Positions 51,450-64,000 of a stretch of 64,000 nucleotides of DNA are shown here, piece after piece. The notes beneath the pieces were generated by a model. It made no database searches, was not told the origin of the DNA, and saw nothing but the letters and a program-made list of their open reading frames with translations. The translations under genes and the position numbers were made by a program. This DNA is from Epiperipatus broadwayi (taxonomy: Eukaryota > Animalia > Onychophora): the NCBI GenBank assembly GCA_028023455.1, contig JAQFVV010000002.1, positions 6,014,001 through 6,078,000 on the forward strand, written 5' to 3'. Positions within the stretch are counted from its first letter, which is position 1. Each line of letters starts with the position of its first letter.

Positions 51450-52350
51450 TTAAAACTTTGCCTATTAGAATAGACTAAGAACATTGTAATTATCTAATCC
51501 ACAATTATATCTAACTCTCATTCTATTCTTTAAATAGTCTCCAAAATATGGTATATTGATAACAGCTGCCCAACATTTTTCATTTTGAATATATCCGAAT
51601 ATATTCAAGCTGTCCATGAAATAATTTCTAAATCTGTAAAATGGTTTCAGTTTCTAAAATTAATCCTGTAGGACTGATTCATCATGCACTTGCATTAATC
51701 TAATCAGCTCTTTGGTTATATGATAAATATTATAGTCTCTCTCCTAAAATTTGAAATTCTTCCAAACCCTTTAACCATATGATAATTGAAGGATGCATTA
51801 TTTGATACTGTAAATTGCTTGCAGGGCAAAGTTTGATTTAGACTATATAAAAAACACAAATCATTATAACAGTAATATTTACCCAGCATAAAGCTTAAAA
51901 AGTGATAAATTTCATGACAAAGACAATACTTGATGGAACACCAACAACTATAACTGAAATCTCAATGTCCAATATAAACAACTAATTCAATTGAACAATG
52001 GCAACCATTAAAGTCTCACTGAGACTATTATTGAGCAATATGCTATGCATTTGCCACTGCTATCTCTTTCATCACTAAAGTCAAGTTTAAGAATATTAAA
52101 ATGGTAAGAATACCATTAAGTTAAATCACAAATGATCAGTATTTAATTTAATTGATTTTTTTTTTTTAATACTCAAAAATAATCTCACTATGAGAACTCT
52201 TCTACAACCAATGTTAATTCCATTACCAAAATAATCATTTAACAACTTATTAGAAAACATATCAGATGCTATTATACGTCATCCCTGCTTTACACTTATT
52301 TTTAAATCTTCTATTACACAGTCATTTACATTAGTATTTCAACAAACCCT
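51450..52350 (-). mobile_element. Very decayed CR1/L2-group RT remnant
   Basis: Minus pieces LDFS, HSILLNN, VVGVPS and KLYAG occur in the expected order. Confidence 0.35.
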
Positions 52351-52398
52351 ACTTTAAAGCTATGAAATGTTACTAAAAAATTAAACATATATATATAT

Positions 52399-52747
52399 TG
52401 TGACTCTTATTCGAGCCACCATATTGGTCACCAAAGCAACAACCCAACTGTGACCTTACAAGAGAGATCACATTCGCCAGCACAACATGACTATGGATTT
52501 TTACAAACTTCAGAATATGAATCCTCTTATAGACAAAATACACTATAATAAAAACACAAATAATAAAATCTCAGGTTCTTATGTTTGTATTTAATCTCAG
52601 ATTCTTATCTCCCAAATATTATGTTCTTATTTTCTCTAAATTTTGGGTTCATATTTTATCTACATCTCAGGATTTTTGTTTATACTTGATACTTTGTTAA
52701 TACACTTAATCATCATTAAATGAAATAAACATTTAAGTTCTTATACA
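52399..52747 (+). mobile_element. Possible solo LTR
   Basis: Begins TGT and ends ACA, is GC-richer in its first third, and has AATAAA near the 3' end. No matching TSD. Confidence 0.2.
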
Positions 52748-53354
52748 TTAGATATTTTAATCTTCTTATAGTTTTGTAATCTTATATATATTTAAAATGA
52801 ATGAGGAAATAAAATGTAATGTATTCAAATATCTGAATACTTCAGACAACCTTTGGCTAACAATAAAATACTCTTTAAATATATAAATTTCTTCTCATAT
52901 CAATATTCATCTTCATACAACTTATATGTAAATCTTAGTATAATATCTCAAAAAAAATAATGAATAATGAAGCAGGTAAAAAGAATACTTTTATGCTATC
53001 CACTACATCATGAAGTACTTGTAATAAAGACAAAACCACATATTTATATTAAACTAAGACAGGTATTAAATGACTGATAAATAAAGTGAATAAACAATTT
53101 TTATGTGACTTTATTAAATTAGATGTTCTAGCTAAATGGATGTGATGATGACAATGTACACATAAACATATTTAATGAATAAAAAAAAATTTATTTGCAA
53201 TATAACAATATTTCAATACAATAAGCAATAAATTTAATAATACAAATTACTGCTACTATGTGCATTTATCTAACTTAAAAATAAAATATATCCCCTTAAA
53301 TAAATCCCTGTAAAATTACAATCATAAAATTTACCTCATATTTAAGTTCTCATA

Positions 53355-53469
53355 CTTTGTTTGAAAGATTAGCCAATCAGCAATTTATGTACACAGAATA
53401 TCAAATATAATATGCTTTGTTTGAAAGATTAGCCAATCAGCAATTTATGTACACAGAATATCAAATATA
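53355..53469. repeat. 60-bp tandem duplication
   Basis: ctttgtttgaaagattagccaatcagcaatttatgtacacagaatatcaaatata occurs twice with period 60. Confidence 0.95.
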
Positions 53470-54040
53470 TATATATATATGCCTATATGCAGGCCACTAA
53501 AGATGATATTTAAATTACAAAACTATTGATATTTAAAAAATCAGTGCATAAATATAATTCTTAAAATATTGCAAATATTATACTGCACAAAAATAATTAC
53601 ATAGGTTTAAATTTATTAATGCATATAAGGAGTGTAATAATAAAAGAGCGCAATACTAACAATTAAATAACATCTCTAAAATAACTGGTAGTAGAGCTAG
53701 AAAAACAATTGCATAGATGGACATGTCTTAAATGTTCTCACATAATAAAATACACACTAATGACATAAAGCTAAAGGCAAAATGGATAGTGATAATTATA
53801 TGGACACCCAGTTATTCAACCCAGAAGTGTCAAAGCAAATAAGTCACATTCTTTCTCTCATGGAAGAGCTTAATAAATGCACTAATAATGGAAACCATCT
53901 ACCTAAATGCCGGAATTGATGCATATCACTGAGCAGCATATCAATTAATAAATAAACAAGGCATGAATTATTAATAACATATGGAAATATAATCCGCACA
54001 CTGTTTCATAGGCATAAAAACACATGTACTTGGTTTAAAT

Positions 54041-54231
54041 ATATATGTCAACCAATACAAAATAATTGCAAAGCAATATACACTAAGAATTTTAAATTAT
54101 CTCAACTCATACACCGACTTCAAAAACAGTCCTCTAAAGATATATGTCAACCAATACAAAATAATTACAAAGCAATATACACTAAGAATTTTAAGTTATC
54201 TCAACTCATACTCCAACTTCAAAAACCGTCC
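54041..54231. repeat. 99-bp tandem duplication
   Basis: atatatgtcaaccaatacaaaataatt...cttcaaaaac(a/c)gtcc starts at 54041 and 54140, with a few substitutions. Confidence 0.95.
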
Positions 54232-54524
54232 ATTCATTCATGTACTAAATCTATAAACTGTTTTACCCTGTGCACATTAATACACTTCAATTACATCAGG
54301 ACATAAATTTCAAAAACTCTTAATAATTTACAACTGAAAAAAACCACCCTTTTTTTAAACCTGGAAATTTACTCTTATCAAATCCCTTTGTAACACATAT
54401 ATTATAATAAATATACCTTATATAATACACAGCATAATAATAATAATTAGAATTTCATAAGTAATTATGATAACAAAATCACATCAAAAATTAAAAAAAA
54501 AAAAACCTTATAAATCACTAGACA

Positions 54525-56270
54525 ATCATCATCATTAAACTATCTGTCCTTCAACAGATTCAGAGAGCAATCACATCAGCAATTCATTCATTTCTCCAGT
54601 CTGTTCTCTTCATTTCCCAGATAACTTTTTCCATCTCTTATATCATCCAGTAAGATCAATTTTTTACATCTTTTCTTCTTGTTTCCATTCATCATTTTCT
54701 CCAAAATATCTTTCATTAAACTATTCTTCCTACTTAATATATGCCTAATCTAATTTCTCTTTCTATCTCCAATATTCTCAATCTTCTTTTTTTTCTTTAC
54801 TCTTTCCAAATTCCTTCGGTTGTCATTTTATTCATCCAACAAATTTTTTTCTATTATATAATAATATATTCCATGCAGAATTTTTAATTCATCTTTTTCC
54901 TAATTCTTTCTTAAGGCACACAAAATATTTTCTTTTTCTTAATAAATATCTCCTTTGCCAATGCTCTTCTTCTTTAAACTTAATCTTCACTTCTTTGATC
55001 CTCACTCAAACAACTATCCAAATATCTAAATCCATTTACCTATTGAACTATATTATAAACTTGTAGTCTTTTACTATTCCTCCCTGTCTATAAACACTCG
55101 GTCTTCTTAATATTAATATTCATTCTGCATCCCATATGTCCTTCCTCTAATTTAATCAACATATTCTGAAGATTCCTTTCATTCTCATCTATAAAACTTA
55201 AACATAAAAAAATTGTATATATTTTATTATTCTATCTCCGATAATAGCTCCTCCATATTCCAAATATTTGTCCAACATGACTTCTAAATAAATATCAAAA
55301 GGCACGGTGATCTTGTCCAACTTTTCTTTCTATATTCATTTCTTCAATTTCATTATTTTCTATCTTATTTTAAACCATTTCGCTTTCCAAAATACTCCTT
55401 TATTCATTAATATGATCATACATTTATTCCAAATTATTCTATCAATGCTTTTTGCAAATCCATAAAACATATACCAATGCCTTTATCTTTTCCAATTTAT
55501 CTCTTTGCAATTGTTCTAACAACACCAAAAACATCTCTTGTACTTTTCCCTCTCTCCAAAATCAAACTTTTCTTCTTCAATATAATATTCTCTCTTCCCA
55601 TAAATTCTTTTGAGTTAAAAATCCTCAATAATACTTTTGAAGCATGAGATAACAAAAATATTGTCTTGTACTCTTCCCATCTAACAGCTTTCTTCTTGTT
55701 AACAATTGGAATCATTATAGACCTCAAGAAATCTTCAGATCAAACTCCATTAATATATCAAATTGCACAGTCCAACTATTTCCTTCATAGTAGTTTTTCT
55801 CATTTCTTTTCAAAATTCTGTAGGCTTTTTTTTTATCAAATCAGACAGTCTAATCATTTTTCATTTCTTTACTCAATGTTATTACTTCTTCTGTCAATAT
55901 GTCTATACCTTTATTATATACTTCAACATCCTTTTCATTTTCAAGTTCATAAAAAATTGCATCATTTTCTTTTCTAAAAAGATAATAAAGATATTCTTTC
56001 CATCTGTTCAATATATCATTGCTATCAGATAATCTCCATTCTAATCAGCTATTTCACTTAATAACCATTTCTCCCCCTGCCTCCAAGTGACCTTTCTAAT
56101 TCAATCAAATACCATTACCAGATCGTATCTTTTCATCTGTTAAAGGATTTCTATTTTTTTATGCTGTACACCATTTTTATTTTGCTAAATTTGTTTCTCT
56201 CCTTAGTGCATTACTAATTTTTCTATATGCTGTTTGCTCTTCATCAGTATGGACATTGTCCATCTTCCAG
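54525..56270 (-). mobile_element. 5'-truncated RTE-clade LINE
   Basis: IMIPIVNKKKAVRWEEYKTIFLLSHASKVLLRI...RGKSTRDVFGVVRTI (ORF 55497-55727), FMDLQKA, and YLDSCL-type C-terminal pieces. Ends in a (TGA)n tail at ~54525-54535. Confidence 0.85.
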
Positions 56271-57106
<836 letters not shown>

Positions 57107-57387
57107 TAAATTATTACTTTATTTGATAAGTGTCAAATGTGCTGCCTCACAACTTTGACACAAATCACTTAATTAAAGCATATTAATAATTTATATTAGT
57201 CATTAAATATTATGATCAAAGTTGTTTTTTTTTAATAAAAGAGAAACTTTATTGAGTATAAAATGTTTTACAAAGTAAATATTGATTTACATAGTGTATT
57301 ATGAAGATTTGAAATGACACATTGAATTTTTTTGTCCGTAGCATTTCCAGAAATTGATTAACCCGAGAAGACAAATGAATGTTACAA

Positions 57388-58455
57388 TTAGGAATTATTT
57401 GTAAAGTCTAGAGTTTAAATATGAGTAGCATTTTAGGAGTACAATAATGAGAGATCCAATTTGTGGTGGATAAGTTGAGAATAGGAAAACACTTGGAGAT
57501 AACCTTGGATATAATAAATTTAAATAGGGTGAATCACTTGCAATTAAAATCATTAGGCCAAACTGCAGCTTACTTTGCAATAATACTTGGATAAAATCGT
57601 TTAACAATAACGCTAAAAAAACTGCTATTAATAGCTTTTTTCTTTTTCTTGTGAATGAGAAAATCAACATTGGTAACAATCCCCACAGCACTCTCATCCA
57701 ATCCCTCTCCTTCAAAAGAACCAGGATTTAGGCCTCCAGGGCCCCTTCCAATAACCATATTCTCATTCAATCAGCAAAGTTGAGTATAATGAAATTTTTA
57801 ATTAAAAGGTATACTTAGGAATTATTTGTAAAGTCTAGAAATTCAAATATGAATAGTGTTTTAGGAGTACAATATTGAGAAATCCGACTTGCGGTAGATA
57901 AGTTGAGAAATAGAAAAACACTTGGAGATAACATAAAAAATGGACTAAATCAATCTACTGTTCAGTTTTTCTAAATGGCCTCGAATATCTTCACAAGAGA
58001 GCAATCCTGAATACTTTGGAAAAATTATGAAAAAACTATGGAGAACAAGAAAAAAAAGTCCAAGCTTCAAAATATCTCTCCTGAAAACCATTCTAATCCA
58101 TCATGAAAATCACGTGAACAGCAAAAGGTCGGCCCTATCAATAACATTTGAATTAATAAAATTAAATAAGGTGAATCACTTGAAATTAGAAACATGAGGC
58201 CAAACGGCAACTTATTTTGCATTAATATATGGATAAAATCATTTATGATGATAAGGTTAAAAAATTGCCACAAATAGCATTATTTTTCCTATCTTATGAA
58301 TGAGAAAAACCAACATTGGTAACGATCACCACAGCACCCTCATCCCAGCCCTATCCCTCAAAAGAACTAGAATTTAGGCCCCTGTGGGCCCTCCCAACAA
58401 CCAGACTCTCTCATTCATTCAACAAAATTAAGTGAAATGAAAATTTTCATTAAAA
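57388..58455. repeat. Diverged ~427-bp tandem duplication, second copy interrupted by ~220 bp
   Basis: ttaggaattatttgtaaagtctaga starts at 57388 and 57815. Copy 2 breaks after cacttggagataac (~57932) and resumes at ~58154. Confidence 0.88.
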
Positions 58456-58639
58456 GATAAAATCTCTGTAGAAATCACTCTCATATATTTTACATAGGTT
58501 TTTATAAAAGTTGAAATTATTCTTACTTGTGATTACATTGTTGATATAGTTTGTATATGAAAAAACAGCTAAGTAACTCCCCTTTTTAATAGGGATAGTT
58601 TTAGAAAAATTTAATTCCCTAAACTAAAAAAAAGGGAAC

Positions 58640-58920
58640 AAAATGGGAAGCCAGAAACAGAATTAACTGTCCTTGGCTCCACCAGCACCAGACAAAGTAT
58701 GTAAATCCTTAATAGTTTTCTTAATCTATTTCTGTCAATATATAGTCTAGCTAATATCTTTATCATCTGGAGCTTTCCATGTATGCAATCTTCTTGGGTG
58801 ATTTTTAAACAAGTGTTAACAACAGCATTATTCTCCTTACAAATTTCCACGAGCCAACCATCTCTGTCATTCCTTTTTCTAATAGAGCCTTTTTCCACAA
58901 CAGCATTTCAATAATCCAAT
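58640..58920 (-). mobile_element. RTE AP-endonuclease fragment
   Basis: KRNDRDGWLVEICKENNAVVNTC resembles RTE RNxRGxxLVEFCxxNxLVIxNT, followed by YTWK/IDY-like remnants. Confidence 0.7.
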
Positions 58921-58999
58921 AGCAATAAATGTTAAAAAATAAAATATAAAAAATTATAGTAAAGAACACATGAAAAACCAGAAGAATAAAAAGATGATG

Positions 59000-59041
<42 letters not shown>

Positions 59042-59056
59042 AATAATAATAATAAT
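59000..59056. repeat. (ATT)n immediately followed by (AAT)n
   Basis: About 13 ATT units abut about 6 AAT units, forming a spacer-less palindrome. Confidence 0.95.
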
Positions 59057-59094
59057 TCAATTGTTTATTAACATGTAAACATACAGCAACAACT

Positions 59095-59840
59095 AAATTA
59101 CATAATGATACTAGGAAAGTCAACATTGAGAAGGGTGTAAGACAGGGTGACTCCATATCTCCAAAACTTTTTACAGCAGTGCTGCAAAAAGTATCTTGTG
59201 GATTAAAATGGGAAGCTAAAGAAGTGAAAGTAAATGGAGATTATTTAAGTCATTTAGATTTTGCAGATGATGCAGTTGTTTTTTGCAAATAATGCTTTAG
59301 AGCTGTAGGAAATGTTGTAGGGGGTATCAGATGAAAGTAGGACTAAAGATAAATGTTAAAAAGACTAAAGTAATGTTTAATGTTTTTTTTTTCAAAATAT
59401 GAAAATAAAGATGGATTATGATGAATTAGAAGAAGTTATCAGCTACAAATACCTTGGTCAGATTATTAATAGAGATGGAAACATAATGGATGAAATTAAT
59501 CATAGAATTAATCTTGGTTCGAGTGCTTTTGGTAGAAATAACTTGATACTAAATGGAAATATGCCTATGTGTTTGAAAAGGTTTTTAATAAATGTATTTT
59601 ACCAGTTCTTACTTATGGATCTGAGACTTGGACACTTAATAGAAGAGCAATACAGATTTCAGACCACTCAAAGAAATATGGAGAGATGCATGTTGGGAGT
59701 AACAAGAGATTGAAAATGCAATATATGGGTAAGAGAACAAACAGGTGTTACTGACCTCATTGAAAAATTAAAAGACTGAAGTGGAGTTGGGCTGGACAAA
59801 TTGCTAGAAAAGATGATCATTCTCATAATGGTGTCTTGTT
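59095..59840 (+). mobile_element. RTE-clade RT fragment
   Basis: KGVRQGDSISPKLFTAVL, HLDFADDAVV, YKYLGQII, VFNKCILPVLTYGSETWTL and LKWSWAGQIAR. Confidence 0.9.
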
Positions 59841-60444
59841 TTTCTATACAACTATTTATAATACGTGTGACATATTGTCTTTGATAAGAAATATTCACAT
59901 GATAAATATTCAATATCCAAAAATTAGATAATAAAAATTTATATTATACTGATCTAAATTTTATAAAATATGTTTTATTGATATGACTATTTTTAATTAA
60001 ATTTACATTACCATTAAAAAAAATTCACACCAAAAGCTAAAAATATGTATATATGTGTGCAAACAAACTTATAAAAGTGACAAGTTAAAAAAAAGATTCA
60101 TGATAGATAAATATATTTTTCTTTCTTTTATTCTGAAAAGTTATGTCCTTTATTTTTCAATTCTAAATAATATTTGACAGTAAAATCTAATAATTTAATT
60201 ATTTAGCTTCTTCAAAAAAAAATTTGTCTTTTAAAATTTTTTCAAAATAAATTGTGAACAAAAATTCACAAGTAATTTTTGAAAAGCTCAGAACATAAAT
60301 TTTCAAATGATAAATTATTTAATATCCTATACAAAAACAAAACTAGCTTTCAAGAATTTTTTTTACATTTTTTTTAAATTGTACCATTAAAAAAATAATC
60401 ATGCCATTTGAAACTAATAACCATGTAAGACCAACTACACATAC

Positions 60445-60513
60445 GTAGTTTTGTCACAGGCTGTGCTCAGATACTGATGGGATCCGCTGTTGATTGATAA
60501 TGAAATAACTATC
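60445..60513 (-). CDS. Candidate 69-nt internal coding exon, WD40-repeat-like peptide
   Basis: Long polypyrimidine acceptor cattttcttcacaatttttcttcacatag and donor gtatgt. The single open frame, IVISLSINSGSHQYLSTACDKTT, resembles the WD40 core VxSLxxxxxxxxxxSxxxDxT. Confidence 0.4.
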
Positions 60514-60942
60514 CTATGTGAAGAAAAATTGTGAAGAAAATGTTCATTTACTGTAGGGATGAGGAACCTCTGGCACTTGAAAGCTCTCAATATGGCCCCC
60601 ATGTTTTCAAAAATGCATATAAAATGGCTCTGTATAAAACTTCTATTCAAACACACACATAGTTCAAATATTGACTTAAGAGTTAAGTAAACTAACGTAT
60701 TTATTTTCTCAAATAAATCCAACCTTCATAATAGTGGTAGTTCATTCCTATCAGAGATGCAATATTCCAACAAATTATATTGTGTGATCTATCTGACTAC
60801 AGATTTAATTTACGACACTAAGGGCATTTTGTTGTTTTATAGTTATTTTCGCAGACTAACAATATATTTGCAAAAATAAAATTAGAATTTTACTTTGTTT
60901 TATTATTATTACTTTGCATTTATTTTTATTTTTTTTTTATTA

Positions 60943-61605
60943 TGATGGCTACATTGAGTAAAATAAAATAAAAATTGATATAGAAAATTATGTATTTCAA
61001 TAGAAATGGATCGATGCATTTTTTTTTTTATAGAAAGAAATAGTAAATCATTGTGCCTGATATATCTGGAAAGTATTTCAAGTAATAAAGAACACAACAA
61101 AATTGTTGGAAAAAAAAAATTAAAATAAAATCTTGAAAAGGAGTTTCATCAATGTGGCTAACATGAATCATAAAAAAATCCAAACAAATCCGAAAACTTT
61201 GTGGAGCAAGTTACTTTTTTTAAATAAAAAAAAGACAGAAACTTTGAAACCATCTTCTGAAGGGAGTTTATAAATGACTGCATTCTAGCAGCTGTAGAAT
61301 TAATCTTTCCAGAACATAAAAAGAAATTTGAGAATATGAATATGTCACATAGAATAGTTAGAAGGCAAATTAAAAAAATTGTCATTAAATATTTTATTTT
61401 TAATTCACAAAAAATTATGACCCTCTTTTAAAAAGGCATTCGCCTGCCAGCTGAAAAAATTTCCTACCCATACTGATTAGGGGTAAATTAATTAAAGTTT
61501 AGTCAAATATAGCAGACTAATTTTTAAGTCAATAACTTTATGTGGCCCACAAATAATATTACATATATCAAAATGGCTCTTGGCAGAAAAAAGCCCCCCC
61601 CCCCG
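60943..61605 (+). mobile_element. Internally deleted Charlie/SPIN-group hAT element: transposase N-terminus joined to the 3' terminus
   Basis: KIDIENYVFQ*KWIDAFFF-ERNSKSLCLI...KEHN, SENFV-ASYF, and KPSSEGEFINDCILAAVELIFPEHKKKFENMNMSHRIVRRQI (one frameshift). 61478-61605 is an hAT-type subterminal/terminal sequence. Confidence 0.82.
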
Positions 61606-61926
61606 ATCTAATCATAGCTATTATTTTCAATATAAGCAGTTATTTTTATTTTTCCTCTATGCACTTTCCCTTATTCCTCAATTTTATTTTATTTTTGTTT
61701 TATTTTCAGAAACTTAGCTAATTGTAATAAGAATGAGTATTTCTGCAATTACATAAAAAATCCTTTAACTAAATATTCAGCAATTTTCACTGCAAATTTT
61801 TATTTTTTGTACCTTTCACTGCAAATTTTTATTTTTTGTACCTAAGAATTTTCAAGTAAATAAAATATATATTTTCATAATAAAAAATAGCAATGGGTAT
61901 GGATTTACCAGACAGAGAATAATTTT

Positions 61927-63197
61927 GGTACTTGTGTATAATTCAACCGATGACGTATTACCCTGAAGGCATATCAGTCTAATCTTGCGATTTTTAAGAT
62001 AACGTCTCCAAGTGATCTGCGGACACATGTAATCGCTAAAATGTGTCCGCAGATCACGTGAACACGGTACGTTAAAAATCGCAAGATTAGACTGATATGC
62101 CTTCAGGGTAATACATCATCGGTTGAATTATCCAGGCCACATGCTAAAAAATATTCAAAAATGAAAAATATCTGACGCAGGTCAGGCAAATACTAAAAAA
62201 AAAAATGTACATGCATGCATCAAAATATTATTCTCAATTTTAAAATACAGCAGCGCGTAGCGCTGGAATTGGCGGGGGGGCCCCCGGATGTTTTTGTCGG
62301 GCCGCAGGCCCGGCGTACATGTATATCAGACATTGTATTACTCTCATAGCTGTATGATATAATTCAGAAATTAAAAATAAAATTAAAACGTAATTCAATG
62401 TAAGTTTGAGAATTGTAGAAATATTAACAAATATTTTTTGTAAATAAGTTTGAGAATTGTAGAAATATTAACAAAAACTTTTTGTAAATTTTAAATAAAC
62501 ACCTAAATAAAAAAGACGCGATCTAATGCAAATCTGGTATTAATGGCGCCGCACTTTTACATGCATTTGGTAATTTTAAAAACATACTGCATATTGCAAA
62601 ATTGATTTAAAAAATTATTTCAAATTATTTACACATTAAAAACGTAATGTAGAAATATTAACAAAAAGTTTTTGTAAATTTAAAATAAACAGATAAATAA
62701 AAAACACTTTACCGGAGAATAAATTATTTACACATTAAAAGTAATTCAATGTAAGTGTCAGAATTGTAGAAATATTAACAAAAAACTTTTTGTAAATTTA
62801 AAATAAACAGATAAATAAAAAACACTTTACCGGAGAATAAATTATTTACACATAAAACGTAATTCAATGTAAGTTTGAGAATTGTAGAAATATTAACAAA
62901 AAAATTTTGTAAATTTAAAATAAACAGATAAATAAAACACTTTACCCGAATTAACAGCTCAAAAAAGTAACTGTGATGCCGTGGATATGCAATAGACAAA
63001 AAAATCAAAAAATTTCCCAAACCTCTCTACGAATTTTAAATCTCGTGGGTGAAAAAAAAAAAATTGACTCTCTGATGGATTAATCACGCCAGTCACTTGG
63101 TTACCATGACAATGTTGTCATGCAAAACATGTCGATGTCTACCGGAAGAAAAATCGGTAAGTCAAAAACGTCATCGGTTGAATTATACACAAGTACC
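61927..63197. mobile_element. Young non-autonomous Merlin-type DNA transposon (1271 bp)
   Basis: 30-bp TIRs GGTACTTGTGTATAATTCAACCGATGACGT at 61927-61956 and 63168-63197. Exact 8-bp TSD ATAATTTT at 61919-61926 and 63198-63205. 5'-GG termini and an 8-bp TSD are Merlin hallmarks. Confidence 0.85.
62390..62950. repeat. Internal ~115-bp minisatellite of the Merlin-type element (about 5 full or partial units)
   Basis: Recurrent aattcaatgtaagtttgagaattgtagaaatattaacaaa...ttttgtaaatttaaaataaacagataaataaaaaacactttaccggagaataaattatttacac. Confidence 0.9.
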
Positions 63198-63454
63198 ATA
63201 ATTTTATTATCTTTGTAAGATAATATAATTGATCTACCGGATTACTTTAGAAATGGATTTGAAGCAGGAATATAACTTAGTCAGCAAATAATTATATATT
63301 TTCTGCTTCCCTAAATTTGGAATGACTTAGAAAATGTGGTGCAAAAATAATCTGCCTTCAACAAAATAAAACATTGTGCCTAGTAGATAATTCACTTAAG
63401 CTATAAAAATAACTGTAATGATAATAATAAACAAAAGAAGTAAAGCAACCCCCT

Positions 63455-63933
63455 CACAGGCTATGAATTCCTTGGTCAACATTCTTGGTAATTCAGAGTG
63501 AAGTTAATTTATCAGCCAAATGGAATATGGCATTTAATAGTAATTAAACTCAATCAATTATACAAGATTGGAGACAAAATCTCACATTTAACACTTTGAC
63601 TGTAATCATTAAATAAGATTTAATAGATAAACTTTAAATTAAACACAGCTTCAATCTATATGTAAACAAAGGGGAGTTTACATATTAAATCTCATTTAAT
63701 TATTACAATCAAGGAGTAAAAAGTGAAAATCTATCTTAGGTCTTATATAATTGTTTAAGAGTTTAATAACTCTTACATGCCATATTCCATCTAGCTGATA
63801 AATTAATTTCACTCTGAATTATATACAATGTTGACAAAGATATGCTTATAAACATCACAGCTACAAGGATAGGATTCATTCTATAAGTGATCTTTTGTTC
63901 AACATTTACATTGCTTTTAATTCATAGCCTGTG
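63455..63933. mobile_element. MITE-like element with degenerate ~80-bp inverted arms (CACAGG...CCTGTG)
   Basis: 63455-63535 pairs with 63775-63840 plus 63918-63933, with ~75 extra bp in the right arm. No TTAA TSD. Confidence 0.55.
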
Positions 63934-64000
63934 GGATGATGATTTATTTCCATTTACATATACTTTGAACTTATGTTTAATTTAAATGATAATAGCAAAA

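Noticed and set aside
57965-58010. Kinase-like peptide VFLNGLEYLHKRAIL
   Set aside because: Lacks the following HRDLK motif, and stops follow shortly.
62390-62950. CRISPR-like repeat array
   Set aside because: Units are contiguous degenerate minisatellite copies without unique spacers, inside a eukaryotic DNA transposon with no cas genes.

Overview
This is very AT-rich (roughly 25% GC by eye), CpG-depleted eukaryotic, probably invertebrate, DNA. It reads as intronic or intergenic sequence packed with decayed transposons. I found no prokaryotic genes, rRNA, true tRNA gene or CRISPR array, and no intact long host CDS. Best-supported elements: (1) a full-length but frameshifted L1/Tx1-like LINE (16568-22499) with a 15-bp TSD and a TGATG stop/start overlap between ORF1 and ORF2; (2) a 5'-truncated, divergent relative on the minus strand (~38985-41015); (3) an inverted Penelope-like insertion (2479-3779) with a GIY-YIG fragment and a minimal hammerhead-ribozyme-like motif in each arm; (4) many RTE and CR1/L2 fragments and a Ty3/Gypsy gag-protease-RT remnant; (5) three Merlin (IS1595-like) pieces of different ages, including a young 1271-bp non-autonomous copy with 30-bp TIRs, an exact 8-bp TSD and an internal ~190-bp palindrome; (6) a Charlie-type hAT remnant, several MITEs, an 830-bp foldback and an ~835-bp compound GGTA/GGGA/GGGT/GATA microsatellite. 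A few small minus-strand segments with good splice signals could be micro-exons of a long-intron host gene. One (31745-31780) has the polyY-AG|GTAAGT signature of a recursive-splicing ratchet point. I cannot show a new biological system from sequence alone. The best leads are the ratchet-point/micro-exon chain, the Penelope hammerhead, the coupled ORF1/ORF2 junction and the Merlin series. Family calls come from motif recognition by eye, not database searches, and boundaries of decayed elements are approximate.
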